A DNA stretch of 64,000 nucleotides, taken from NCBI GenBank assembly GCA_038211765.1, contig JBBQVG010000001.1:1837-65836 (forward strand), given 5' to 3'. The position numbers and the translations under genes were made by a program. This DNA comes from Minisyncoccia bacterium. GTDB lineage: Bacteria; Patescibacteriota; Minisyncoccia; Phycocordibacterales; PALSA-1337. The notes under the pieces were generated by a model. The model searched no databases, was not told the origin of the DNA, and saw only the letters and a program-made list of their open reading frames with translations. Shown here piece after piece: positions 9,484 through 19,367 of this stretch; position 1 is the stretch's first letter; every line of letters starts with the position of its first letter.

Positions 9484-10758
9484 ATGAAAAATTTCTGGGA
9501 AAAAATGTCGATAGCGTTCAAGGATCCTATTCTTAGGAAAAGGGTAGGCTTTACTGTTTTGGCGCTTGTTATTTTCCGTGCTTTGGCTGCAATCCCTATA
9601 CCAGGTGTCGATGTGGCAAACCTCGAGAGACTCCTTGCATCCAGCCAGTTCTTTGGTTTTTTGAATATTTTTTCAGGAGGTGGTCTTTCCAATCTTTCCA
9701 TTGTCATGCTCGGTGTCGGACCCTTCATCACCGCTTCCATCGTTATCCAGCTTTTGACCATGATGGTACCTTCGTGGAAGGCTCTGATGCACGATGAGGG
9801 TGAGGCAGGTCGTCTCAAGCTTTCGAACTACTCACGCCTCCTCGGAGCACCGCTTGCGGTACTTCAGGCTATTGGCTTTATTGTCCTTCTGCAATCACAA
9901 AATGTATTGCCACAGCTTTCTTCTTCGGCGATGACAGTGAGTGTTATCGTAGTATCTGCAGGCTCCATACTCCTCATGTGGATCGGTGAATTGATCTCCG
10001 AGTTTGGTATCGGCAATGGCGTATCGCTCATTATCTTTGCTGGTATCGTCTCCGCTCTGCCGAACAAGATCACACAGTTTGCAGCAAGTTACGATCCTTC
10101 GCAGATCCCTTTCTATATAGGCGCTATAGCGGTGAGTCTTGTTGTTATTGCCGGTGTGGTATACGTGACCGAAGCGGAACGCTCTGTGCCTGTCACCTAC
10201 GCCAAGCAGGTCCGCGGAAACAAGGTCTATGGCGGGGCTTCTACTTATCTTCCACTTCGCCTCAACCAGGCCGGAGTTATCCCTATTATCTTTGCTCTCT
10301 CCATACTTTTGTTTCCTCAGATTATTTCCAATTTCCTTTCTCATTGGTCTAGTCAGCCGGCTATCGCTAGTGCCGCGGCTTCATTTACACTTTTCTTTAA
10401 TAATCCCTGGGTATACGGCATCGCCTACTTTGTACTAGTTGTCCTCTTCACCTACTTCTATACCGCGGTCACCTTCGATCCAAAGATGATCTCCGAAAAT
10501 CTCCAGCGTGGAGGAGCTTTCATCCCTGGCGTTCGTCCTGGTGAACACACACGTGACCACCTGGCCTCCATCGTTACCCGTATCACTCTCGTTGGCGCTG
10601 TATTCCTTGGTATTATCGCCATCTTGCCACTTCTCATGCAGGCTTTCACTGCCAACAAATCTCTTGCTATCGGAGGTACTGCACTCCTTATCGTTGTCTC
10701 CGTAGTTCTGGATCTCTTGAAGAAAGTCGATGCACAGGTTTCGATGAGGGAGTATTAG
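9484..10758 (+). CDS. secY: preprotein translocase subunit SecY
   Basis: 424 aa with 10 predicted TM segments. 'ALVIFRALAAIPIPGVD' and 'GNGVSLIIFAGIV' are SecY hallmarks. Confidence 0.95.
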   Translation: MKNFWEKMSIAFKDPILRKRVGFTVLALVIFRALAAIPIPGVDVANLERLLASSQFFGFLNIFSGGGLSNLSIVMLGVGPFITASIVIQLLTMMVPSWKALMHDEGEAGRLKLSNYSRLLGAPLAVLQAIGFIVLLQSQNVLPQLSSSAMTVSVIVVSAGSILLMWIGELISEFGIGNGVSLIIFAGIVSALPNKITQFAASYDPSQIPFYIGAIAVSLVVIAGVVYVTEAERSVPVTYAKQVRGNKVYGGASTYLPLRLNQAGVIPIIFALSILLFPQIISNFLSHWSSQPAIASAAASFTLFFNNPWVYGIAYFVLVVLFTYFYTAVTFDPKMISENLQRGGAFIPGVRPGEHTRDHLASIVTRITLVGAVFLGIIAILPLLMQAFTANKSLAIGGTALLIVVSVVLDLLKKVDAQVSMREY

Positions 10759-11082
10759 GAGGCTTCCAAAGCTAGTACGACATATTTTTATGGTTCTGTG
10801 ATCTGGTCATGATCAAAATGTACTTGATATAATGCAAGCACATTTATTTTCTCATGCCTGCTGGGAAGTGAATTTATTCTGACGAGCGAGGAGCGCGTGA
10901 ATGTGTCCTACATTCACAGCGTCTGATGATCCAGCAGGATCACCACGGGGTTCGAAGTCAGAACAAAGGGATAAATACCCTGCAGCTCTGCTGCAGACCG
11001 GAATGAGCGAAGCGAATTCCAAATGGGTCCAGGGCTTGCCCTAGGGTATGAATACCCTTTATTGGTTTAATTTCTACAAACT

Positions 11083-11529
11083 ATGAAAAAACAAAAAGAA
11101 GTGACCTTGAATGATGTTGCAAAAACAGTGAATACCTTGAGCGAGACCATAGATACATTGAGTACGAAAATGAATACATTGGGTACAACAGTAGGTACTC
11201 TGAGTACAACTGTTGGTGCTCTAAGTAAGACCGTGGATACATTGAGCAAAACCGTGAACAGTTTGGATAAGAAAGTGGATACATTTGGTACAAAGTTGGA
11301 CACATCTATCGACACCCTGAACTCCAAGATCGATTCCTCTGAGAAAAATATTAAGGATTATGTAGACATATCGATTGACCGCTCTATTGAGGACTTTGCC
11401 CTAATCGTAGGAGAAGGCTTTGCTGGAGCAGATAAAAGATTCGACAATGTGGAATCTAAACTTGGTGGGATCGAGAGTCGACTAACTAGACTAGAGATCA
11501 GTTCGAGACCAAGAAAAATGCTCGCATAA
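11083..11529 (+). CDS. hypothetical coiled-coil/heptad-repeat protein (TLSxTVxTL repeats) inserted between secY and adk
   Basis: 148 aa 'TVNTLSETIDTLSTKMNTLGTTVGTLSTTVGALSKTVDTLSKTVNSLDKKVDTFGTKLDTSIDTLNSKIDSS': ~7 tandem 7-11-residue repeats. RBS-like 'aaactatgaaa'. Confidence 0.5.
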   Translation: MKKQKEVTLNDVAKTVNTLSETIDTLSTKMNTLGTTVGTLSTTVGALSKTVDTLSKTVNSLDKKVDTFGTKLDTSIDTLNSKIDSSEKNIKDYVDISIDRSIEDFALIVGEGFAGADKRFDNVESKLGGIESRLTRLEISSRPRKMLA

Positions 11530-11532
11530 AGG

Positions 11533-12174
11533 ATGAATGTTAATGCCCGCCCTGCTATACTAGGGGACATGACTCCACAAGCATTTATATTTATCGGACG
11601 CTATGCCGCAGGGAAAGGAACTCAGGCGGATCTTCTCATAAAAAAGTTAGCGGAAAAAGATCCAGAACGAGCCCCCCTCTATGTGTATACCGGTCAGCAA
11701 TTTAGAAATTATATCAAGGGAGAAAAGGCGACAGCAAAATTGACCCGTAAGGTTGTCGAGAGTGGTGGGCTTATGCCAGAATTCATGGCCATCTACATGT
11801 GGGCTAGATTATTGGTGGAAGAATATAGGGGTGTAGAAGACCTCGTCTTTGATGGGTCACCACGCAGATTGCTCGAAGCCCAAGTCATGGACTCCGTCTT
11901 TGCTTTTTATGGAATGGGAAAACCATACGTTATCTATCTCGATGTTGAGCATGAAGAATCACATCGCCGACTGATGCTGCGTGCCAAGACAAGCGGTCGT
12001 CCAGATGACGGTCCTGCAGAAATCGAAAATCGTAAGCGTGTCTATGAGGCTGATATTGTTCCTGTTATTGAATATTACCGCACCAGCCCAAACGTCAACT
12101 TTATTGATATTGACGGCGAACGTTCGGTAGAGGAGATTCATGCTCATGTTGTACAGCGACTCGGTTTGGGGTAA
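11533..12174 (+). CDS. adk: adenylate kinase-like nucleotide kinase (divergent P-loop)
   Basis: P-loop 'GRYAAGKGTQA', '...VFDGSPRRLLEAQ', LID-like 'RPDDGPAEIENRKRVY'. Sits in the canonical post-secY position. Start could instead be ATG 11569. Confidence 0.7.
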   Translation: MNVNARPAILGDMTPQAFIFIGRYAAGKGTQADLLIKKLAEKDPERAPLYVYTGQQFRNYIKGEKATAKLTRKVVESGGLMPEFMAIYMWARLLVEEYRGVEDLVFDGSPRRLLEAQVMDSVFAFYGMGKPYVIYLDVEHEESHRRLMLRAKTSGRPDDGPAEIENRKRVYEADIVPVIEYYRTSPNVNFIDIDGERSVEEIHAHVVQRLGLG

Positions 12175-12219
12175 TGTAATCGTAAGGTTCGTGTGGCACC
12201 ATTTGAGGTGCGGCTTACT

Positions 12220-12996
12220 ATGATTACTATCAAAACAAAGGAAGATATAGCCATTCTTCGCGAAGGGGGGAGCCGTCATGCCCGCATTCTGAGACAATTG
12301 GTTGCGATGGTGCGTCCTGGTATTCGCGCATCAGAACTAGATGATCACGCTGTAAAACTTATCACTGATGGTGGAGATAAGGCTGCTTTTTTGAACTACA
12401 AACCAGAAGGGGCAGATCGTCCATATCCGGCATCGCTCTGTGTCTCAATCAATGACGAGGTTGTCCATGGCATCCCAAATGAATCAGAAAAAATTCTCAA
12501 AGAAGGCGATGTTGTTAGTTTGGATCTCGGTCTCATTCATGGAGATCGTATTACCGATATGGCCATCACTGTCCCTGTGGGTAAAGTCAGTCCGGAATTG
12601 GAGAAATTACTCTCGGTTACAAAAGAGGCACTCTTGGCTGGTATCAAAGCAGCCAGGGGTGGCAAGCGTGTTGGTGATATCGGCAACGCTATTTCACTCA
12701 TTGCGAAGGCTCATAGATACGGTGTAGTCGAGGAACTCTCGGGTCATGGTGTAGGCTACCATGTTCACGAAGATCCTTTTGTTCCCAATTTTGGTGAAGC
12801 AGGTAAGGGTGCAGTACTCAAACCAGGCATGGTTATTGCGATCGAACCGATGTTCAATCTGGGTAGTAAGAATATTACCTTTGATGGCGACGGTTACACC
12901 TACCGAACAGCAGATGGAAAACCAAGTGCGCATTTCGAACATACTATTTTGATCACAAAAGGTGATGCAGAGATACTGACGCAAGGCGATCAGTAG
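12220..12996 (+). CDS. map: methionine aminopeptidase type I
   Basis: 'MITIKTKEDIAILREGG...', metal ligands in 'DVVSLDLG...HG', 'HGVGYHVHEDP', 'GMVIAIEPM'. Track start 12193 is GTG; ATG 12220 preferred. Confidence 0.9.
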   Translation: MITIKTKEDIAILREGGSRHARILRQLVAMVRPGIRASELDDHAVKLITDGGDKAAFLNYKPEGADRPYPASLCVSINDEVVHGIPNESEKILKEGDVVSLDLGLIHGDRITDMAITVPVGKVSPELEKLLSVTKEALLAGIKAARGGKRVGDIGNAISLIAKAHRYGVVEELSGHGVGYHVHEDPFVPNFGEAGKGAVLKPGMVIAIEPMFNLGSKNITFDGDGYTYRTADGKPSAHFEHTILITKGDAEILTQGDQ

Positions 12997-13109
12997 ACGG
13001 CCAGAAGGTCGTGTCGACGTAGACTCGGGCCGGCGTAGGTCAAAAAGAAGGCAAAGTGAAGTAAGCTTCACCTTGCCTTACTGGTACTGTGCGCTACAAT
13101 TCAAGAACT

Positions 13110-13718
13110 ATGAAATCACATCCAAAAAAAGAAAGGACACTAGTGATCGTTAAACCAGATGGTATCCAGCGCTCTCTTATAGGAGAGATTGTCAATCGCT
13201 ATGAACGTTCAGGTCTCAAACTAGTTGGTATAAAGATGGTCATTCCCACAGCTGACATGATAGACCGACATTACACACTTGATCCAGAATGGAAATTAAA
13301 AACCGGCAAAAAGAATATTCAGGCTTACATCGACAAAGGACTCACCCCACCTCACGCGGACCCCGTAGTACATGCAGATGTTATCCTAGAAAAGCTCAAG
13401 AAGTACATGACTAGCGGGCCAGTTATTGCCACAGTATGGGAGGGTGCACATGCTGTCGCCATTGTCCGCAAGATTACAGGTATTACCGAACCTCTATTGT
13501 CGGCCCCAGGTACTATCAGAGGAGATTTTGTCCTAGATTCATACAAGATTGCTGATGATGATGATAGGGCAGTCCGTAACCTTGTTCATGCTTCGGGAAC
13601 TGTAGTGGAAGCCGAAGATGAGATCAAGCATTGGTTCAAAAAAGGGGAGCTTTTTGATTACAAGATCGTCAACGAACAGATGCTCTATGATGTGAACCTA
13701 GATGGGATCTTGGAATAG
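13110..13718 (+). CDS. ndk: nucleoside diphosphate kinase with ~40-aa insertion
   Basis: 'RTLVIVKPDGIQRSLIGEIVNRYERSGLKLVGIKM' and 'YMTSGPVIATVWEGAHAV...TIRGDF' are NDK motifs. Insertion 'DPEWKLKTGKKNIQAYIDKGLTPPHADPVVHADVILEKLKK'. Confidence 0.85.
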   Translation: MKSHPKKERTLVIVKPDGIQRSLIGEIVNRYERSGLKLVGIKMVIPTADMIDRHYTLDPEWKLKTGKKNIQAYIDKGLTPPHADPVVHADVILEKLKKYMTSGPVIATVWEGAHAVAIVRKITGITEPLLSAPGTIRGDFVLDSYKIADDDDRAVRNLVHASGTVVEAEDEIKHWFKKGELFDYKIVNEQMLYDVNLDGILE

Positions 13719-14083
13719 TGAGGAGAAAGTTTTTACTTTTCTCATTTTGTCAACGGTTGCTCCTACCCCCAAATAATGTCGAAACTTATTTGAGCACTTG
13801 CGCTCCGCTGTGATAGGAATAAAATGTAAGTAGGTCGCACGGAGTAAATTCCACAAAATCTTATTTTGGGAGATCGAAGAACCCGCCCCTTTGCGCTTTG
13901 AATAGGGGTCGAGCTCAGAAGAGCGGGTTCACATTCGTTCGCACCTTGGTGTTGAACGTGAGATCACCCCCCTGGATTTGCCAGGGATCTACTCTTGCGA
14001 CCTATAGAGCACGTCCCGCGTCTTCCCATCTCTTCATAGGGTAGGGGAAGCCCGCAGGGCGTTTTCTATTGAAACTGAATAAG

Positions 14084-14138
14084 CAGATTCGGCCAGGCAC
14101 GAATCTGTGAATCAGCAGATTCACCTACTGGGCTGATT
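14084..14138. repeat. copy of TCACCTACTGGG repeat family (two adjacent hairpins)
   Basis: 'cagattcggccaggcacgaatctg' (7-bp stem) + 'aatcagcagattcacctactgggctgatt' (7-bp stem). Near-identical to 63538-63598. Confidence 0.6.
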
Positions 14139-14186
14139 TGCCTCCTAGGTGGTATAATTTCTGCAACCATTTACCCAACTACTCAT

Positions 14187-14624
14187 ATGCGCATTTACAT
14201 CTCATCTCTTGTGTTCATGGTCGGAGTATTCTTCATCCATATGTACGGCATGGGCGGGGCATATACACGTCTCTGGTGGCTCGATGTCGTTTCCCATTCT
14301 ATGGTTTGCTTTGCCATAGCCCTCTGTCTAGGTGGACTGATTGCGTCATTTGCACCTGGAATAAAACACAAATTTTTTCTGATCGTCGCCATGACCTTCG
14401 CTGTTGGTTTTGCCTGGGAATGGCTCGAAGTCCAGTACAACATCACTGGTCATCCATTGTGGAGCTATGAATATTATTTTGATACCGTCAAGGATCTGGT
14501 CGTTGATACTGTCGCCGCTTCCGTGGCCGCATATATAACCACCAGAAAAGGCGCACGATATATCCGCAAGACGGATGAATCCTCGTCCGCACTGATGAAG
14601 ACCAAGACCCAAAATCATCTATGA
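14187..14624 (+). CDS. small hypothetical membrane protein (4 predicted TM segments)
   Basis: Hydrophobic segments 'ISSLVFMVGVFFI', 'MVCFAIALCLGGLIASF', 'FFLIVAMTFAVGFAW'. Stop overlaps the next start (ATGA), suggesting translational coupling. Confidence 0.4.
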   Translation: MRIYISSLVFMVGVFFIHMYGMGGAYTRLWWLDVVSHSMVCFAIALCLGGLIASFAPGIKHKFFLIVAMTFAVGFAWEWLEVQYNITGHPLWSYEYYFDTVKDLVVDTVAASVAAYITTRKGARYIRKTDESSSALMKTKTQNHL

Positions 14625-16027
14625 GCACACATCCACAACTGATGTTTGCAAGCGGTGTCGGCAGTGTGACCGGAGCAAACTTTCTTTTGGAAACACCGCT
14701 TGGTGCAAAGATTTTGGTGGACTGTGGACTGATCCAGGGAGAGAGTGTGGCCATGCAGGAAAATCGCAAACCTTTTGGATATGAGGCATCATCGATAGAT
14801 GTCCTCATCGTGACGCATGCCCATCTCGACCACGTCGGCCGTATTCCCAAGCTTGTAAAGGAGGGTTTTGCTGGGGTTATTTATTCAACTCCCGAGACAC
14901 GCGAACTAGCAGAACTGGTGCTTTCTGATGCAGTGGGTATCCTCACTGCCGAAGCGGCCAAGCAAGGCTTGGAACCTTTGTATACGCGAGAGGATCTCGA
15001 GGGGGTATTCCCACTATGGAAGACCATCCCATACCACCAACCATTTGAGCCTTCAAAGGGAACCTCAGTTCTTTTCAAAGACGCTGGTCACATTCTCGGA
15101 TCAGCGATGGTAGAAGTAGAAATCAAGAATAATGCTAAAAATGAAAAGGAAAAAAACCTCAAAATTCTTTTTACTGGCGATCTAGGCAATTCTCCTGCGC
15201 CACTGTTGCGCGACGCCGAAGCAATAGGGGAGGTTGACTATATGGTCATGGAAAGTGTCTATGGCGATCGCAATCACGAAGATCGTGAGAGTCGTCTGGC
15301 AAAACTGGAGCAGGTTATAAAACAAACGATCGATCGCGGGGGCACGTTGGTTATCCCGGCTTTTTCTATAGATCGAACACAAGTTTTTCTCTATGAGCTG
15401 AACAATCTGATCGAGCAAAAAAGAATACCCTCGGTCCCAGTGTTTGTAGATTCACCATTGGCTATCAAGGCGACCATGGTCTACAAATCCAGCAAACATT
15501 TATTCAATGACGCTATCCAAAAGCAGATGGACGGGGGTGATGACATCTTTTCTTTTCCCCACCTGGAATATACAGAATCTCAAGATGAGTCACAGCAGAT
15601 AGAGCGGATGAATGGAGCAAAGATTATTCTGGCAGGTTCAGGTATGTCGGTAGGTGGACGAGTCATCAGGCACGAAGAACATTACCTTCCCGATCCGCGG
15701 AACACTATTTTGCTAGTAGGATATCAGACCACGGGATCCCTCGGCCGAAATCTAGCCGATGCCGGAGCGTCAGGTGGTTCTAGGGTAGTCACTATCCATG
15801 GCCGAAAAATAGAAGTAAAAGCGGCAATAGAAGTATTGCTCGGGTATTCCGCACACAAAGATTCTGATCACCTAGTGGATTTTGTCACTACCGCGACAGA
15901 CAGGATCAAAAAGATCTTTGTAGTGATGGGTGAGCCCAAATCATCTATGCATCTGGCTCAGCGGTTGAATGATGAGTTGCCGGTGAAAGCTCTTGTGCCG
16001 GAAAGGGGAGTGATGTATGAACTGTAG
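14621..16027 (+). CDS. MBL-fold/beta-CASP RNA-metabolising hydrolase (RNase J/CPSF-like)
   Basis: 'VTHAHLDHVGRIP' (HxHxDH), 'DAGHILGSA', and C-terminal 'GYSAHKDSDHLVDFV' of the RNA-specificity domain. Confidence 0.8.
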   Translation: MSTHPQLMFASGVGSVTGANFLLETPLGAKILVDCGLIQGESVAMQENRKPFGYEASSIDVLIVTHAHLDHVGRIPKLVKEGFAGVIYSTPETRELAELVLSDAVGILTAEAAKQGLEPLYTREDLEGVFPLWKTIPYHQPFEPSKGTSVLFKDAGHILGSAMVEVEIKNNAKNEKEKNLKILFTGDLGNSPAPLLRDAEAIGEVDYMVMESVYGDRNHEDRESRLAKLEQVIKQTIDRGGTLVIPAFSIDRTQVFLYELNNLIEQKRIPSVPVFVDSPLAIKATMVYKSSKHLFNDAIQKQMDGGDDIFSFPHLEYTESQDESQQIERMNGAKIILAGSGMSVGGRVIRHEEHYLPDPRNTILLVGYQTTGSLGRNLADAGASGGSRVVTIHGRKIEVKAAIEVLLGYSAHKDSDHLVDFVTTATDRIKKIFVVMGEPKSSMHLAQRLNDELPVKALVPERGVMYEL

Positions 16028-16038
16028 AAAAGCTGGAG

Positions 16039-16383
16039 TTATTTGACCATAGCCACAACTTTTTTGAATGTATCAGGCTGGAACTCGGCGAGGTGAGCGA
16101 GAGATTTGCGGTCTAGGCCGAGATTCTTTTTCTTGGCATCACCCATGAATTTGCTATATGAATATCCGAGTGGACGAAGTGCGGCGTTGATCTTGACGTT
16201 CCAGAGACGGCGGAAGTCGCCTTTCTTGTCGCGGCGGTGTGCTAGGCCATATGCTCCAGCATGGAGGAGGGCTTCAGACGCTGCACGTTCTTTCTTGGAG
16301 CGACCAAAACGAAAACCCTTGGCCATTTTGAGGACTGTGCGGCGGTATTTGAGAGCGTGAACTGCTTTTTTTACTCGTGTCAT
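16039..16383 (-). CDS. rplT: 50S ribosomal protein L20
   Basis: 'MTRVKKAVHALKYRRTVLKMAKGFRFGRSKK...'. Confidence 0.9.
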   Translation of the reverse strand: MTRVKKAVHALKYRRTVLKMAKGFRFGRSKKERAASEALLHAGAYGLAHRRDKKGDFRRLWNVKINAALRPLGYSYSKFMGDAKKKNLGLDRKSLAHLAEFQPDTFKKVVAMVK

Positions 16384-16422
16384 GAAAGTGGATTAGGAAT
16401 TATAAATATAAGAATGGGACTG

Positions 16423-16614
16423 TTACTGATTGACCAAGAAGCGACTCCTAGCTTTGTTATCCATGTGGATAGTAGCGTAGCCGCCCTTGCGAGCGCTGAC
16501 GCGTGTGCGCTCTTTGGCATTGAAATGGTTCTGACCGGCCTTGCGAGCGAGGATCTTGCCGTTCTTGGTTATCTTGAATCTCTTCAAGAATGATTTGTTG
16601 GTTTTGATTGCCAT
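16423..16614 (-). CDS. rpmI: 50S ribosomal protein L35
   Basis: 'MAIKTNKSFLKRFKITKNGKILARKAGQNHFNAK...'. Confidence 0.9.
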   Translation of the reverse strand: MAIKTNKSFLKRFKITKNGKILARKAGQNHFNAKERTRVSARKGGYATIHMDNKARSRFLVNQ

Positions 16615-16615
16615 G

Positions 16616-17125
16616 TTATTTCTTTTCTACGTATATGGTTAGACCTTTTGGTCCCTTGACCGCTTCTTGAGCGATCTTGTACTCGACGGTAATGAGTTTG
16701 AGTATTCTTTCGAGGCGTTCCTTGAGGAAATTGAAGTCCATGTACTTGGAGCGTCCGATGAGGAAGAGGTCGATCTTCACTCGGTTGCCTTCGGAGAGCC
16801 ATTCGGAGACTCTCTTGGCTTTGAGTTCGAGATCGTGTTCGCCTGTGCCGATCTTGACCTGAACGGTCTTTACTTCGGTGGTCTGAACCTTGGACTTTGC
16901 CTCTTTCTGCTTCTTTTTTTCATCGTACACATACTTGCCATAATCCATGATCTTGGCGACTGGCGGGACAGCAGTAGGTGAGATCTCGATCAGGTCCATC
17001 CCTCGCTTTTGCGCTTCCGCTAGGGCGACGGTAAGGGAAATCACACCGAGATTCTCGCCATCTGCAGTAATAACTCGCAGTTCAGGCGCTTTGATTTGAT
17101 GGTTTATTTTGACTCGTATAGCCAA
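16616..17125 (-). CDS. infC: translation initiation factor IF-3
   Basis: 'INHQIKAPELRVITADGENLGVISLTVALAEAQKRGMDLIEISPTAVPPVAKIMDYGKY' is the IF3 N- and C-domain signature. Canonical infC-rpmI-rplT order. Confidence 0.9.
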   Translation of the reverse strand: MAIRVKINHQIKAPELRVITADGENLGVISLTVALAEAQKRGMDLIEISPTAVPPVAKIMDYGKYVYDEKKKQKEAKSKVQTTEVKTVQVKIGTGEHDLELKAKRVSEWLSEGNRVKIDLFLIGRSKYMDFNFLKERLERILKLITVEYKIAQEAVKGPKGLTIYVEKK

Positions 17126-17375
17126 TGGATTACCGCCCCGAAAGAGCGGGCGAGCTGTATTTATAGCACGGATAAGGCTTATTTGGCAATCTATTGAGGT
17201 ATTGACAATCTAGATAAGTGTGATATACTTCTCTCATAAGTTCTTTGATATGCGAGCACGTTCGCCATAACAGCAAGTGTCTGACATTTTGGACATTTCC
17301 CGTTGTGGCGAAGAGTAGTAACCACACATCAACAAACCGTATCCTAAGGGGTACAAACCATGAAAGGATGATAAC

Positions 17376-18093
17376 GATGAATACATCGATTACATCAAGT
17401 AGTGAAACAGCAGCCAGTTCAGATCAGTTGGCCCAGGTTGTACGCGTCATCGAAGACGCAGCACGCAAAGGCGGAAAAGAAGTCGTCGAAGAACTCGCGC
17501 AAGCGGGGATCATCAATACGAAGAATCTTCAGCAGGTGCTGGGGATGAAAGGTTTCGCCGCCTCGATCCGGGAATTCGTGAAAACGAAGATCGCCGAACT
17601 CGCGGAAAACATCCGTGGCCTCGTTAAGCTCATCTCCGGCGCCGAAAAACTCTGGCTCGATGAGACGGACGGGAAGCAGATCATAGCCAAAGCGAAGGAT
17701 ACGTTTCTGGGCTGGATTGACCCTGACTTCAAGGAATACGGCACGAACGTCGTGAGCGAGCCTACCGGCAAAGCTTGCGTCGAAGTCCACGAAATGATAA
17801 AGAACGGAACGTTCGCCCAGATCTTCGGCGGGATGGCGACTGACCTCAAAAGTCTTTGCCTGACACAGCCGCAGATCATCCAATTCGTGCAGAAGTACCC
17901 TAAGTGGCTTCGCACGGGAGGATACGGGACCTTCTTCTTGTTCAAAGTCGGTGGCGAGTTCTTCGTTGCCTTCGTGTCCTGGCGCGGCGGCGAGCGGCTC
18001 GCGGTCCTTGCCCGTCGCTTGTCGCACGCCGGCGAGTGGAATGCCAATGACCGTCGTCGGCTCGTCGTTCCGCAACTGGTGCTTACAAATTAG
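17376..18093 (+). CDS. hypothetical protein in a GC-rich patch
   Basis: RBS 'aaagga' + ATG 17376 (MNTSITSSSETAASSDQLAQVVRVIEDAARKGG...). Long antisense ORFs (17419-18075, 17529-18047) are judged GC-composition artifacts. No known domain recognised. Confidence 0.4.
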
Positions 18094-18176
18094 TCTTGAG
18101 CCTTTGGCTCACAGTCCCTCTGACCCTTGTCAAATTTATTTTGGCAAATCAGGGGGATTTTTGCTGGTAGCGGCTG

Positions 18177-19304
18177 TCACAAAAACTTTCTGACCAATCG
18201 GATCAAATATTCTGGGATCTTTTCTATAAAAAGCATATTTTGACGATCTTCAATAGTCACTTCCTTGGCGACTTCGACATCTCGCATAAAATGACCCGTT
18301 AGTTCTTTTGAAAAGTCACTGTTTGTACTGACGAGGTTGGCTTCGTAGTTATAAAGCAAACTAGCGGCATCGAGATTGAGTGATCCGACTGTAGCCCAAT
18401 TGCCATCAACTACCATGGTCTTGCTATGAATGAGAGTCTCCGGATAAAGGAATATGCGCACTCCAGATGCAAGAAGGGTATCAAAGAAAGACCTGGCTCC
18501 CTGGTCGGCGGCATAAATATTTGAACTTTCGGGAACAAGGATACGGACATCTACCCCTCGGTGTGCGGCCATTTTTAGTACTCGTATCATGCGGTGCGTA
18601 GGCACAAAGTATGGCGTCGTAATAAAAATATATTTCTGTGCATTGCGGATAGCGGCCACGTATGTGCGGTGAAGGTGGCGTTTGCCTGCAGCAGGGGAAT
18701 TTGTGACGTATGAAAATTCTGGATCTCGCGGTAACTGAGCAGGTAATTTTTTTTGTTTGAGTGCGGCTCGGAATGCTCCGCCAGATCGCTTGGCCGATCG
18801 CCACATCTGATCGAAGGCAAATTGCATTGAGGTAACCACGGCACCTTCTACTCGTACGTTGGTGTCCCGCCAATTTTTGAGGATATCGCGAATGCAGATA
18901 CTGCCGGTGTAACCGACTTTTCCATCGATGACCAGGGTACGCCTGTGGTTGCGGAGATACCAGGCGCGATAGTTGTGCACATGGTAATACGCAGGCACTA
19001 GAGTCTTCCAGAACAAAAGTTCGATGCCTTTTTTGCGGAGATCTTCTACAGTAGCCGCACCTGTCAGTGAAAAACTACCGATAGCGTCCCAGAGAAAACG
19101 GACTTTGACTCCAGCGGCCGCACGTTCTGTGCAAACGTCGATAAGACGCTGTCCGAACTCGTCGGGATAGAAAATAAATTGCTCCAGGACGATGCTGGTG
19201 GTGGCCTTTTCGCAGTCGGCGATCATGGATTGCCAGGCGAGTTCATTGGAGGCATACAGGGTCCATGAGGTTGGGGAGGGCATGGAGATAAGTGTACAGC
19301 GCAA
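18177..19304 (-). CDS. phospholipase D family / cardiolipin synthase-like (two HKD motifs)
   Basis: HKD motifs 'HVHNYRAWYLRNHRRTLVIDGKVGYTGS' and 'HSKTMVVDGNWATVGSLNLD'. Confidence 0.75.
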   Translation of the reverse strand: MRCTLISMPSPTSWTLYASNELAWQSMIADCEKATTSIVLEQFIFYPDEFGQRLIDVCTERAAAGVKVRFLWDAIGSFSLTGAATVEDLRKKGIELLFWKTLVPAYYHVHNYRAWYLRNHRRTLVIDGKVGYTGSICIRDILKNWRDTNVRVEGAVVTSMQFAFDQMWRSAKRSGGAFRAALKQKKLPAQLPRDPEFSYVTNSPAAGKRHLHRTYVAAIRNAQKYIFITTPYFVPTHRMIRVLKMAAHRGVDVRILVPESSNIYAADQGARSFFDTLLASGVRIFLYPETLIHSKTMVVDGNWATVGSLNLDAASLLYNYEANLVSTNSDFSKELTGHFMRDVEVAKEVTIEDRQNMLFIEKIPEYLIRLVRKFL

Positions 19305-19367
19305 AGAAGGAAGAAGGAAGAAGGCTCATTTTTGGACTTTGTGGGCTTTCGCCTGTAGACTTATTTT

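Noticed and set aside
10880-10960. C/D-box-like TGATGA/CTGA motifs and T-loop-like GGTTCGAA in the secY downstream gap
   Set aside because: Could not build a tRNA cloverleaf or any known bacterial RNA family by hand. Kept only as a low-interest structured-RNA candidate.
14138-14470. 110-aa plus ORF
   Set aside because: Alternative frame overlapping the more plausible 4-TM protein 14187-14624. Cys/His/Arg-rich translation.
17419-18075. 218-aa and 172-aa minus-strand ORFs
   Set aside because: Antisense open frames typical of a GC-rich segment. The plus-strand ORF has RBS and better composition.
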